This document shows, piece by piece, positions 24,041 through 36,560 of a stretch of 52,122 nt of DNA. This stretch comes from Anthoceros angustus (lineage: Eukaryota > Plantae > Anthocerotophyta), in the NCBI GenBank assembly GCA_010909165.1, contig MU008167.1, forward strand, positions 1,737,220 to 1,789,341. Reading direction: 5' to 3'. Position 1 is the first letter of the stretch. Every line of letters begins with the position of its first letter. Position numbers and translations under genes: made by a program. The notes beneath the pieces were generated by a model. That model made no database searches and was not told where the DNA came from. It saw nothing but the letters and a program-made list of their open reading frames with translations.

Positions 24041-26718
24041 TTTTTGGCCTGTCTTGTTGTTGAAAGGTTGAAGTTTTGTGGTTTCCATCGCTAGGCTGTA
24101 GAATGCTTGAGAAGGGACCGAGGTGACCATATGTTGTGAAGAAGGAACTTCCGCCTAAGTTGTCATAGGGGTGAATGGGTGAGACACTAAGGGTGTGATT
24201 TGCTTCCTTCTTAACGATCGTGGGTTGGAGGTCATGAGGATGCTTGCGCATGTCTAGTTGGGGAGGGAAGGAAGTAATTTACGTGTAGAGCAGATCGCCC
24301 TGCGCAAAGGATTTGTGTGGTGACGGAGAAATCATGTGTGTGAAAAGCTTAGTTGCTGTGCACAATGTGCAAAGGAAGAAGCGGAGGAGAGCTCTTGAGG
24401 AGGAAGCTACATGTGCTAACATCTTCGAGGTTCCGTTGAGGAAGAAGAGGTAGTTGTCTAAGAGCAGGAGGAGGTTGTGCTCACGGACAGAGAGGAAGGA
24501 GGTTGTTACCGAGGAGTTCGATTAAGGGTGAGGGTCAAGAATCCGAGCCAGCGGTTAGTAATTTCAAGTACATCTTCCGTTCCTGCAAGAGGAGGACTTT
24601 TTCGGTGTGGATTGTTGAGCTCTTCTAGCTCGAGTTTGTTGCTATAAGAGGAGGAAGGCAAGAGGGTGAGATTTGGAAGCGGAGAAGTTGGGGTACGAGA
24701 TCTAATGGCCGAGCTTTCAGGTCTTGATTATTGCCCAACTTGCTGCCCTTTCAACGATTGCTAGGAGGACTAAGGCGCGTGCCCAAGTCTGTCTGAGACA
24801 TCCCGCTTGCAGGCAGCATATTTGTTGCCAGACAGGGAGTTTCTTGGGATGTGTGCCCACAATTTTGTGGACGCCCTCGACCATGAGTGGAGGAAGTAGA
24901 GGTGGTGAGTCCCACCCCAGCAGGATGAGATTTGGGAGAAGCAACAAGGTGAAGATGCCGAGGCTTTTGAACTTTTGAACATGTGACGATGCGAATTTGG
25001 AAGCCTCAGATTGTCTCCAAATTTTCCTAGAGTGCTTGAGGTCATGAGAGTATAGTTGCGATGGGGCTGCACCACCGCTGCATTGGGATTATATGGGAAT
25101 TGTAGTTTTGAAACGATTGTGGCGAGCTATGCACATCATACGTTGGCGGTGGAGCACTCTGCGAAGGAAGAGGGGGAGTCTTTGTATGATTATGTAGAGG
25201 GATTTATGGTTACTTCAAGAGAGTACCACCACGTCCGGGAAGGAGTGACCTTTCCGATAAAAGTTCGGGAAGTTCGGGAATGTATGATGCTATAGAAGAC
25301 GAGAGCTAGAGTCCGTAAGATAGCAAGGATTTCTAAGTACCTAGGTGTAGAGGAGATGGTAGAGTTGAAGAGGTTGCAGGGGAACATCATGAATGAAGGT
25401 CTTATTTCTCGATCGAAAACGGCTTGAGGCCAGATGACCGATTTCCACGAGGAGTTGGTTGCCACGGCTTGGGTCAAAGGAGGAGGACGCGAGCATGTTG
25501 TAGACGGCCTAAGAATTGATCAGCAAGTCTTGTTGCCGGTAGAGAGGCCAAATGAGCAAGAAGGGAGTGTTGTGCGAAAAGCGCAGCAGGACAACTGGAA
25601 ATCCGAGAGAGGATAAGAGGGCCAGCATGGGCGCAAGGAGGAGGCTGGAATTCTCCTCAAGGTGAGCAGTCGAGGGCTGCAAGTGGAGGCCACACGTTGG
25701 CAAAGAAAGAAGCAAAACGGACATGAGAGCACCGCTTTTGAGCGACGGAAGGCCCCCACTTGGCGAGGTCAAGCCAGGCGCCATGAGGGGCCGAGGAGGA
25801 GAAGCCCTAGGGAGATGGACACAGAGGGCGAAGAAGGAGATGCGCTTCATGAAAGTTTGAGCTGCGAGAAGGAGAGTTGGCGGCAATCACCAAAATTCAC
25901 CATGGAGGTGCAGCAAGGCGAGGAGGTCGCCATGGGAGCACGAGCTGGACCTAGACACGAGGCTAGACCAGCAGGAATGGAAGAAATCAGAACGTTGTCG
26001 GAGGAGGAGCATGCAAACGGGCTGCAGGCTAAGAAACTTGCAGCATGGACAAAGCAGGGAGAAAATGGATGGAGCAACGCCGTCTGGGGCTGCTGGTAGG
26101 CGAGCTAGCAACAGGAAACGTGGTATGCTTGGAAGGAGAAGAACGTGGGCAAAGTTTAGGTGTGATTGGCTGCAGCAAGAGGTGTTGCAAGTAGAAGGGC
26201 CAAGTGTCCATGGAAGGGGTTTTGTGCAGGGTTTGCTGCAGGAGGTCAATCTAAGAGCTCGAGATGAAGCAAAGAAGTGGCAACATGTGTACAAGGAGAA
26301 CGAGGAGTGCTCTAAGGGTGAGCAGTCGAGGGCTGCGAGAGGCCATGATGGTGGCAAGGAGCGATGGAGAAATTGCGAAGAAATCGCAATTTGGAGGAAG
26401 GAGTTGCATATAGGGAGGAAGCTTTAGAAGGAAACCCAAATTCAAGAAACCAAAGGATAGGCATGATGGGAAGTTGAGGAAACAAGAGGCTATCGTGGCC
26501 GGGGATTTAGTTCTTCTATATGATAGCCGTTATATGGACTTCCCAAGGAAGCTTAGGTTGAGGTGGATGGAACCTTCTCAGGTGGTGGTAGTATATGTGA
26601 ATGGATCCGCAAGCTAAGTCGGATGGGGATTTGCCAACTATGGTGAATGGGTGGAAGATTAAGAAGTACCTTCAACCCGAGTACTGTTTGCGAGGACGCA
26701 AACAGTGAGGTGGGAGTA
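24041..26718 (+). pseudogene. Internally deleted gag-pol remnant
   Basis: Retains IAQLAALS (pre-protease), the pre-RT segment, the RH-IN spacer (GLRIDQQVLL, as at 45403-45681) and the IN C-terminus (GDLVLLYDSR..PRKLRLRWM..VNGWKIKKY). No RT, RNase H or IN core motifs seen. Confidence 0.85.
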
Positions 26719-29700
26719 TGTGGAGCCAAAGTTTGGGCAACCAGCCCAAAGAGACGACAAGTTTGATTTTTTTTGGCTAGAACGATTGAAGAGGAGGAGC
26801 ATGCGAAATTTTCAGAATCTTGAAGCTGGAGTTGTAGGATATTGTTAGGAAGGCGAAGAGGATATCCGAGGAAGAAGAACGGGTCAAAACGACCCCCGAG
26901 GCAAGCGGGCTCCGAAGGCGGTGGTCGGCAGACTACCGTCGTGACCACACCGTAGGCGAGAGGAAGGCGGACTACCGGTAGGCTACGAGATCTTGGACAA
27001 AAGGGAAATTAGGATAGGGAGATATCCACTATATATGCCCACCAATAGTGGACTAGATAAATGGGAATATTAAAAGCTAGATTGGGCCGTTAGGAAACTA
27101 GGGGAAATAGTATCTTAGTATAAGAGGAATTGGGAAACTCAATCAACAGAAAAGGTGCCACGTGGTGCATATCCAAGGCGGAGAAGATTGGTAGTTACCA
27201 TTCCTAACCCCCAAGTTATCTTTATAATCACGCATGTGTGTAGGAGGTCACAACTTGAAGGTGAGGAAGCGCCAACTGGGAAGGCGCACACCAAGAGTCA
27301 GAAGAGCCCCACATGTTGCGTACGTGCGTGCGGGGATAGAGAAGAGGGGCAAGCTAGGCAAAGAGGAAAATAGGCAAGACAAGTAGGGGTGCAACAAGAA
27401 GAAGAAGGAAGGAAAGGGCCGGGTGGAAGGAAGAAGGCAATGCTTGCCGCCCAAAGGAGTGTTGGAAGAGCAAGGCATGTCAAAATTGAAGAGAAAATTA
27501 TGAGAAGGGACTCTCAACTTGCTAGAAGATGTAAGAACTGAACCTTAGAGAATTCCTTCTTTCAAATCACAGAATTGGAAACTCGTGGAAAAGCAAGGGT
27601 ATAAGAGCTAGGGGAATTGTGAGCAAGGGCGAGGTCAAGGCCGGTGTGTGTGTGGAAATTGCAAGGAGCTGGAAGGTTCTTGGCATCCATTCAAGATTGT
27701 CCATCTCGTGCCAAGCATGGAAAGACCATTGCCTTTATGTTGAAGAAGACACTGAGGACAAGCATCGTCAAGCGCGCATCAAGGCTGGAGGACTCGAAGG
27801 AAGAGGAGGAAGCAGGTAGAACCCGAGGGGTTGTCGAGGAGGAGGAAACCTCCATGAGCGAGCCCCAGAGGAGCTCAAGAGATGCAGCCGGATAGGGCCA
27901 AATGGTGTATAGGGAGACGCCTACCATGGTAGGTGCACACCCTACCGTGATAGGAACAACACGCATAAGGGTGAGTGGGGTACCCACCCCGGGTACCCAA
28001 AGACCGTGGGTAGGCAGCCTACGTTGGTAGGTAGGCAGCCTACAAGGGAATTGGAGTGCCTAGCACATGTTGCGCAGGTGAAGGCCACAAGGCGAAGGAT
28101 GAAGAGAGAAGAGAGCTGAGTTATGGTGCACCAATGCTAGTCATTTGCAAGAGGAGGCCATGGGCCGAAGCATGTGGAAGTACTTGCAGTGGAGTAATGA
28201 TGTGAGGATGGCATGATAGGGCCGTGTGCTGAACTAGGAGAGGCCATGGCAAGCTGAATTTACAGCTGGGCTACAAGATGGAGGTGGCACAACCACAGGA
28301 AGGCAGTATTGCAGATGGGCTGCAATATGGTGAAGGAATCGCAATGGGGTGTGCATCATGAAGGCAAAATTCGCAGTTGGGCTGCAAGTAGGTGTGAAGG
28401 GAGGTCGTTGTGGTGTCCGCGAGAATTGGGCAGCAAGGTAGGCTGATTCGAGAGTTGGTCAAGGAGTTCGCTAAGGAGAAATGGAGAATGGAGCTTGGTG
28501 AGGAGTTCAATAATGAAACACCAAAATGTATGGAAGATATGCACAAGGAACTTGGTGTGTTGGATATCTGTATAAGAACTCCAGTTAAGCGTCCTTGGGC
28601 GGATCAAGACTCGATGGGGTGCCTTTTGTGAGTATGAGCTTATATTTGCAAAAGACACAAGGGAGCGATTGGGAAAGTTCTTAGTAGGGGTTGCAGGCAC
28701 GCGCACGGATTTTGGAGGCTGAGGATTGAGCTTTTCCTTGGGTTTTGATGGGTAGGATGGTCTCTATGGGCGCCTAGGGCCAAGGAGATGCAGGAATGTT
28801 GCTCTTGCACAAGAGTGAAGGATTGATGACTTAAGAGCCTTCTTGGTGCAAACCAACTAGGGTCTTGAATTTGTGCAAGATGGATGGAAAGGATCCTTAG
28901 ATTCATGGTGGGGATTGATGGCTACGATAGAAATTAGAGGTTATGGGAGTGGCTGGGCTAAATAATGGATGGGATATGGCCACATGCTTGCAGAACCACT
29001 CAAATCTATGGCTGCAATTTAGGAGCTCTGTTGCTATAATTGTCGCATGAGAAGACCGGAGCGCTGCCTAAAAGTGCAGAGGGAGTGAGCTAGAGCTTGT
29101 GTGTGCGCCTCTGCTGTGTGTGCCTTCTTAAGAGTGATGCCATCTCCTCTTGGTGTTCTCTTTCTTGTGGCACCAATTTCTTGGGTCTTGGTGTGCCTTG
29201 GCTTGGTTTTGAGTGAATTTCTTATAAGAGGGATGTCCTTAGTGTTCTTGGTGCTTAGCTTGGTGTTTGTTCTCCTCATGGGATTGCTAAGAGCCAAGCT
29301 GCAAGGATGAGGCTGGTTCGGAGGAAGCCAGTGTGGATGCCGTGAAGGGTTTCAAGGCCAAGAAACCCCAACTCATGAAGCGCATGGTGGTAGTTTGAGT
29401 GTAAACCCATTGCCAAAAATATTGGGCGATGGCATGGTGTGTGTGGAGGCCTACAATAATTGTGAAGAGGAGGATGCTTGGGCCACACGATGATGATAGG
29501 GAGGCCCTCGTGCATTAAGCCGGGGCCTTAGATTTTGATGAGGTCACAAGCGATATGGACTCGAGGAGTTTGGAGAAGAAATGGCGAGAGGAGCCCATAG
29601 TGCCATAAGGAACAGGAGGGAAGAAGGCAACCTACCACGGTAGGGAGGCAGCCTACAGAGGGAGGCGCCTACCGCCGTGGCAGACCGAGGCGGGCAGCCT

Positions 29701-31790
29701 CAGGAGTCAAGGAGGCAATGGATGCAAGTGCTATTGAGGGAGAGCGATGGTAGGGAGGCAAGTACTTTGGCCCCACGAGATGTTAAGGAGGAGGTTGTCT
29801 CCCTAGGAGAATGAAAATCACAAAGAGGAGCTCAACCTACCAACATAAGTGCAGGAGCAAGGAGGTCACTTGTTCCACAAGTGAAGGAGAGGAGGATGAG
29901 TCCTCGGCCAAAGGAAGGAGATGGCGCGGGAAGCAGGTAGGGGGTCACCCTACCACGGTGGTGACCACCCCACTGTAGTCTGCCGACTACCGTGGTGGCT
30001 ACCACCCCGTAGTGCGGACTACGGGTAGGGGTACCACGCGTGGGACCGGAGCCAGCCACGAGGCTGAGGATGGAAGGCGGGGATCCACATGCCCCTAAGA
30101 TAGATGATAAGGTGGTTGAGAAGCCAGGAGGAAGAAGGCGGGGTATGGCCGTGAAGGGGAGAAGGGTAAGAAATTCCCTCACCCCACGGATAAGGGAGGA
30201 GCCAGGGGCCAGAGAGGAGACCAACGCAAAGAAGGCCCGGAGGAATTAGCGAGGTGACAACATCGGTCAAGAAATGGGGAGGAACCTTTGAAGACATGCT
30301 CCATGATAGGTATGGACAAATCAAACAACAGGAAGGAGCAAAAGGATCTCAACCCTGTGGACCATCACCGATGAGGAAGAGGGAAGGAGATAGGGAGACT
30401 ACCATGGTAGGTAGTCACCCTACCCGGTAGTCGCCGGACTACCTAGGGTGCCCTTTGAAGGAGCCGCGCGGTGGAGGCTAGAAGATGGGCCATTCGAGTG
30501 CGCGGGCGCGATTGCCCGGATGGCAAGAGGAATCGGGCGCCGAGCGAAGAAGGCGGTGCCCCAAAGGTCGGAAGGGGGAAGGTACTTGCCCTAAAAGTCA
30601 TGAGGGGTCAGAGGCTGGGGAAGACCAGCAGCAAAAAGGGGAAGACCAGCAGCAAAGGGGATGAGAAGACCAACAAGGGAACCCTGCCACCAGCAAGATA
30701 AGGACCGAGAATTGTCAATGACCATAAATGAGCTTTGGGGAATGGGAAGGATAGGTGGTGTAGGTTGGCAACATTAAAGAGTGGCCATAGGTGAAGTTGC
30801 TAGAATAGAATTTACCTAGGATCGAAGAGACTTAGATGGCCTTAAATCTGTAGGAATAATAGAATATTGGAAAAGGTGACTGCAGAGGGTCACCCAAGGG
30901 AGGTTGTATGTGGAAGGCCTCCTATAAGAGGAGGAGGATTTCACAAAGTAAAGTATCATGTCTTGCGCTTCCGCTCGAGTCCTTTGCCATTACAGAGGAA
31001 TTTCGTGCGTGAGCCAACACGTCAGTAGAGGAAGTCGCGGTGGTCGAGTGCTTGGTGGAGGACTTGCTCGCTGCAAGTGCCTAAACGAGTTGCTCCCCTT
31101 GTGAATGGTTGCTGTGAAATTGCTTTGCTTTGGGTGTGTGGCAAATGCCCAGAGAACTCTCGGCTTGAGGGTAGACTACAGGGAAAGACTCCCTGGAGGT
31201 TCTCGCTGTCTGGTGTCAAACTCATAGCAACCGGCCCAAGGAAGAACTTGCTGGTGGAGGCGGACCCCAGGCAGTTGTGCCGTAAGGGCGAGTCGAAACC
31301 AGTAAGCCCGAACTGAGGTTAGACTAGGAGGAAGAGGATGAGGAGATGAGAAGATGAGTAGAGGATTAGAGGTGTAGGTGTTAGTGGAAGGCCACAGGCA
31401 GAGCCTAAGGGACGAATCCCAAATGCAAGTAAGCGCTCACAGGTGGAGTGGTCTTAAGTAGGGACGAAATCGCGGTGTGAACCGGGGGTCCCACAGGCGC
31501 CCGTGATAGGCTCCTGCTGAGGCGGGACACCTGGTTGTGTTGTGTCGTTGTGGGTCGGAGGTTGTGATTTTGAGGCGGTGCAAGTGGTGCGGCTGTGAGA
31601 GGAGAGTAGAGGCGCCTTGCTCGTGGAGAAGGCTGAGAAGTGTGTCCGCAGTGGCGATCGGGCATCACAAGGACCTCGAACTTTCACACAAGTCTCATGG
31701 GACGAAACCCAACGTACGAAGCGACAGTGGGATAAGTGTGGCCGCTATAGTGGGAGGACCTCGGGAGTGCCCCGGATTCTCCCTACCACA
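26719..31790 (+). repeat. 3' LTR, 5072 bp
   Basis: Begins TGTGGAGCCAAAGTTTGGGCAACC just after GTGAGGTGGGAGTA. Colinear with 18915-24040. Confidence 0.93.
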
Positions 31791-32249
31791 TACACCCATC
31801 CCAATTGGATGTTATCCTCCTCCGTCCATTGCCTTGTGAAATGCAAAAGTTTGGGCCCTTTATTTTTTTTTTGGTTAGAATTGACAAAACTTGGATCAAA
31901 ACGGACTCGGAAAAGTGCCAAAAGAATTTGCTAGGTATTTCTTTGTGGAAGCTCAGACGCAAGTGAGTGCAAGTAGAGATCTAGGTAGAGGCAAACCACT
32001 TGCATGCAGGAAGGGAGTTGCATATAGGGAGGAAGCGAGTGTGAATGATGTGGCAGAGGCAGCCCCTACACAAGGGAAAGATGGGTAAGAAGGGTATGTT
32101 GTCCAATAGATATAGGGCATGGCATTCCCTACCATAGGGAGGTGCACCCTACGTGGGGTAGGTGTAGGGTGGTAGCTGGCCCTACAAGAATGGAGAGGGG
32201 CTCCCTACATGGATAGTTTAAGCCAGTTCTAGAGTGTCAAAAGCTAGTC

Positions 32250-32606
32250 CTACAAAGATGAGACGTAGGGTGACAAAGGTGACCCTACATAGATAGGTCA
32301 TGGGTCCCTGCATGTATGTATGTGGGTAAGACGACACCGTGTCCCTACACGAGGGAGTAAGTAGGGGGAGCGCTCTACATGTGGATGGAGAGGCTCTTTT
32401 GGTAGATAGTATGTAGGGTGGCAAGGGTGACCCTACATAGATGAGACGTAGGGTGGCAAGGGTGACCCTACATAGATGAGGTGTAGGGTGGCAAGGGTGA
32501 CCCTACATAAATGAGGCGTGGGGTGGCAAGGGCCTACATAGATGAGGCTTAGGATGATAAGGGTGACCATACATAGATAGGACGTAGGGTGGCAGGGGCT
32601 CCCTAC
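32250..32606 (+). repeat. 35-bp tandem repeat GTAGGGTGGCAAGGGTGACCCTACATAGATGAGAC
   Basis: About five units at 32413-32606 plus one near 32250-32295. Each contains GTAGGG and its complement CCCTAC. Confidence 0.9.
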
Positions 32607-33420
32607 GGACGGTAGTTGGGGAGATAGGTAGGTAGGATGAGAGGTCTTCCTACCGTAAGGAGTGGTGAGGACTCCCTGGGCAGTGGAAGTGGGGTGCGAC
32701 ACCCTACTTGGATACCTTGGGAAGCAAGCTTTCCATATTAGGCGAGTTCCAACCTAGGAAGTTGTTAAAAGGATTGTATATGCAAGCTTGTGGATAAATA
32801 GGATATATTAGGAATAATAGAATATAAATATGTAGGAATAGTGTAGGGTGCTTTTAACATATAGGGCTGCTAAATAGAGGATGGTGGAAATGGTGCCACA
32901 TGGCAAGGAATCAACGGCCTAGTTTCACTGTCACTACCAAAGGGCCATGCGAGCTGGGTGTGTAGGGAGTGGCACCTAGGAAGCCTGCGAGGAATCGCGA
33001 GGAAGAGCTTGTGCATGCAAGGGAAAGCTAGGGCAAGGACTCGGTGAGAACGCGGTGCCCATGTGTATGCAAGGAGAAGGAGGTGTGCGTGCATAAGAAG
33101 TTGTGTGTGAAGGAATTTGAAGCACAACTGTGAAGAGGGCAGCGGCGTTGAATTTTTTGTGCCTAGGACCTTGCAAGTGAGGGATTTAGGCGCATAAGGA
33201 GCTGTATGCTATGAGGACATCAAGTTTGAGCTAGGTATGACTGTGGAGTGAAGAGGAAGTAAGTGGAAAAGGGCTGAAGTTGCTCTCTTAGTGGATTTTG
33301 TGTGGCAAGTAAAGAAAGCTTGCAATTGTGTGTAGAAACTGAGGTGACAACTGGGTAGAAAAGAGCAAGTGGGTGTGCCCAAGCTTGTCTTGTTTGTGCA
33401 ATTATCTTGAAGGGTGCAAG

Positions 33421-35480
33421 ATGGTGAAAGCGCCTGCACCTAAGAAGGGCAAGCTGGTTGCTAGGGAGCCGGAGAAGAGGTACAGATGCCCGAATTTAAT
33501 TGCTTCCCTGCACAGGTGGAGGCTAGGCACTTGGTGGCATTCAGACGGTTTGCTGGAGAGCCCAACGTACAATTGCAATGGGTGTATGGCCGCCACTGGG
33601 CCTATGTCAGCTTGGAGATGATAGAGGAATGCTTTATAAACTTCACTATGCCACGGCAGGAACTTGAGGAACTGGAAAATAGGGATGCAAGGACTGATCC
33701 AGGGTGCTGGACAGCCCAACACATCCGACAGGTATATGGAAGGCCAAATGAGGAGGCTCAAGAGGGGATTGCAATCATGGAGCTTGAAAGGAAGGTTGAG
33801 GAGAAAGGAGAAGAGAAAAAGGAGAATAGGAATTGTCATGAGCTGCTTAAGAAGGCCATGGACATGTTACAGCACGGGCATAAGTCTAGAGGGAAAGGTG
33901 GTTGATGCAAGGAAGAGAAATGGAGAATGTTTGTAAAGATTCTCCTTGGATTGGTGAGTGCTCAACGGAAGACATCTTAGTGATGCACAGTTGTATTTCA
34001 TTTGGAGGTTGTCTAGGGGGGCTACTTCGGATTGGGGAATGGTAATGTATGATGTTTATCGCACATCGCAAGGTTGCTTATGCCCAATGCCGAGAATCCA
34101 AGAGCACGGAGCTAATCTCCACCTACGATTCATATTTATGAGCTCCAAGGATTATTGAAGCTGTGGAGAATTGGAGTTTTCTAAGATGGATTTCCAAGAG
34201 GTACCATTGGATGCAGGAATCCCTAAGCCCGTGAGAGAAGTCCCCAACAAGAGACGGGAAGAAGGAAGCAATGGAGGATCTTGCCTACTTGTCCCATCGC
34301 AGAGGAAGAAGAAGAAGAGGTTCATCTAGTGAGAGCACCGAGGAAGAGAATGGTAGGAAGAGGTGAGTCGGAGCCACCTCCTACGGCGGTGGAGAGTGAA
34401 AAAGCTCTTGTTGAGAGAGTCAAGGCAGCTTCCATTGCGAAGGAAGCTGCAAGAAGAGCTGGTATGGGTGGAAGAGAAGGAGAAACTAGCAAGTCGGCGG
34501 AACTTGGGCAGGTAGGAAGGGCTAGCATAACCAGTGGGGCTGCCGTAGGGAGCGCATTGTCCTTTGCGTTCGTAGGCCCGGTGGAGGGAAATTTTCTTTC
34601 AATGTATGCGTCTTGTGAGTTCGACTTTGTATCGTGCAGTATAGCCGTATTCGTGAACGGGAACTTGAATTAGTTCCTTGCCCCGTGGCCCGATCGCGGC
34701 TGGGTCGATACGAGAGAGAGGGGAGAGGAAGGCCATGCTCATGGCATGGCATGTCGGTTCGCCAAGCCGCACTGCGAACCGATATTTAGGCCTAGCTGCT
34801 GCCTGAGGAAATGTGGATACAGAAGAATTAAGGGCAGCTCAAACTAGGATTGTAGAGCTAGAGTCAAGTGTAGGTAGGTTCTTGAAAGGGAAAAGCGACT
34901 TACATTGGACCTTGAGGAGCTGAGTTGAGGCATCAAGAGATGGTGCAAGAGTTGGATGGCATTATGGTGACACGCTAAGGAGAAGGAAGGATGGGCCTTG
35001 GAGAATCGAGGATGCGAGAACAAGTCCGGAGTTGGTGTATCGTGGCGATGGCCAAGAAGGATGTAAAGGAGGTCCAGGGCCTTGCAAAGGCTAAGGATGA
35101 CTTATTAAATGGCAAGGACCTCGAGGTAGGAGAATTGAGAAGGAGAAGGAGACCCTACAAGAGTCATGGGACTCCTCAAGCGAGTTAGAAGAAGCCAAGG
35201 GGCTGTGAGTGAAGCTAATCGTAGGGCCTCGCAAGAGAGAGAGAGAGTTGCAAGAAAGCTGAAGACATGGTACGCCGCTTGATGGTTGTGCGTAAGAGAA
35301 GGTTCGAGCCGATCATGCCCTGCAAAAGAGGATGTTGAGGCGCATCCATGATGCGGAGAAGGGTATCACGCTATGTCCATATAAGTGGGGCAGCTATGGA
35401 AAGGGATGCCTTGCACACGAAGTGTGAGATGGCAAGTGACTGCAGACTTGGAAGATTTGAAGAACAAATATCGCAACCTA
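33421..35480 (+). pseudogene. LTR-borne ORF: basic N-terminus, conserved domain, low-complexity linker, coiled-coil-like C-terminus
   Basis: MVKAPAPKKGK; QWVYGRHWAYVSLEMIEECFINF..NRDARTDPGCWT (33486-33905); DAQLYFIWRLSRGATSDWGMVMYDVY (33958-34158); charged region at 34800-35480. Confidence 0.75.
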
Positions 35481-35565
35481 CACCTTAATTCGGTGAATAG
35501 ACTAGTTAGGATCAAGGCTGATCTGTTGAGATTGGAAGCTAGCCATGCTTCAAGAGGGTCACAAG

Positions 35566-36560
35566 TGTCAAGAAAGTAAGTGTTCGATTGCAAAACTAAG
35601 CGAGGCCTTAAAACACAAGTAAAGAGCAACTTTGAGCATAGAACACAAAGACAATAGTCAAAGAGCTGAACCTACTATAGCTAGCTGGTCTCACCCTTTT
35701 AAACCCTAAAAGTGTCACTCACGTTTCCTACTCAATATGGGGTATATGTTTCCCATTTACCCACTTATATGCTCAATCACCTACATCTTTTACATAGTCA
35801 TATCCATCTTAACAAACTCGATGGTAACGCCGTCAACAATCCCACTCAGCGACCTGAGTTTGCCTTAATCCAACTACCTCTCTACACTTCTCAAACTTGA
35901 ACTTGCTCAAGCCTTGGTAAAGAAATCTGCAGCCATATCCTCCGTTTGCAATACTCAAATGGAACCTCCAATGATTTCACCCTTTCACGAACAAAGTGAT
36001 GTTGGATATCAATATGCTTTGTCCTTGAGTGGTGCAGGTTCTTGATCAATGCCATGCTTCCTGGTTGTCACTTTGAAGAAACGTTGGGTACACTTGTTGA
36101 TACCCAATTTCTTCCATGAACCTTCTCAACCAAATGGCTTCCTTTGTAGCTTGTGTGGATGCCATGTACTCACAGACATTACAGCGTTGGTTGCTTTTGC
36201 TATTCAACTGATGGCACCTCCCCTAGGATAAAAACATATCCGGTTGTGGACCTCCGATCATCAAGATCGCTCCCCAATCCAGTCACAATATCCAAGCGTG
36301 TCCTTCATTTGAACCTGAAAACTCAAGGTACATGTCATGTGTGACTTTCAAGTACCTCATTATCCTCTTCACGCAATCCAATGTGGCTTTCCGAGATTTT
36401 GCATATATTGGCTCACAGCACCTAGAGCTTTCTCAAGATCTGGACGAGTTGCAACCATGGCAAACATCATACTACCACCGCTTGTCTGTAGGAATGTTCT
36501 TCATCTCCTCCTCCTCGTGATTGGTTGCAGGACATTGGTCTTTGCTAAGCCTCATATCTA
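35566..36560 (-). mobile_element. Ty1/copia element B, 3' fragment: RT end, RNase H, PPT and 273-bp LTR (35566-35838)
   Basis: MFAMVATRPDL, RTKHIDIQHHFVRERV and DMAADFFTKA. GAGTGGGAT precedes an LTR reading TGTTGAC..TTGACA. Confidence 0.9.

Larger units (their letters stand above)
18915..31790 (+). mobile_element. Complete non-autonomous Ty3/gypsy derivative (LARD-like), 12.9 kb
   Basis: TSD TACAC at 18910-18914 and 31791-31795. Termini TGTGG and CCACA. Two colinear LTRs. Purine tract at 26706-26716. Internal region is homologous to parts of the pol at 43960-47375. Confidence 0.95.

Noticed and set aside
18915-31790. Simple segmental tandem duplication of ~5 kb
   Set aside because: TSD, TG..CA termini and a PPT show the repeats are the LTRs of one element.
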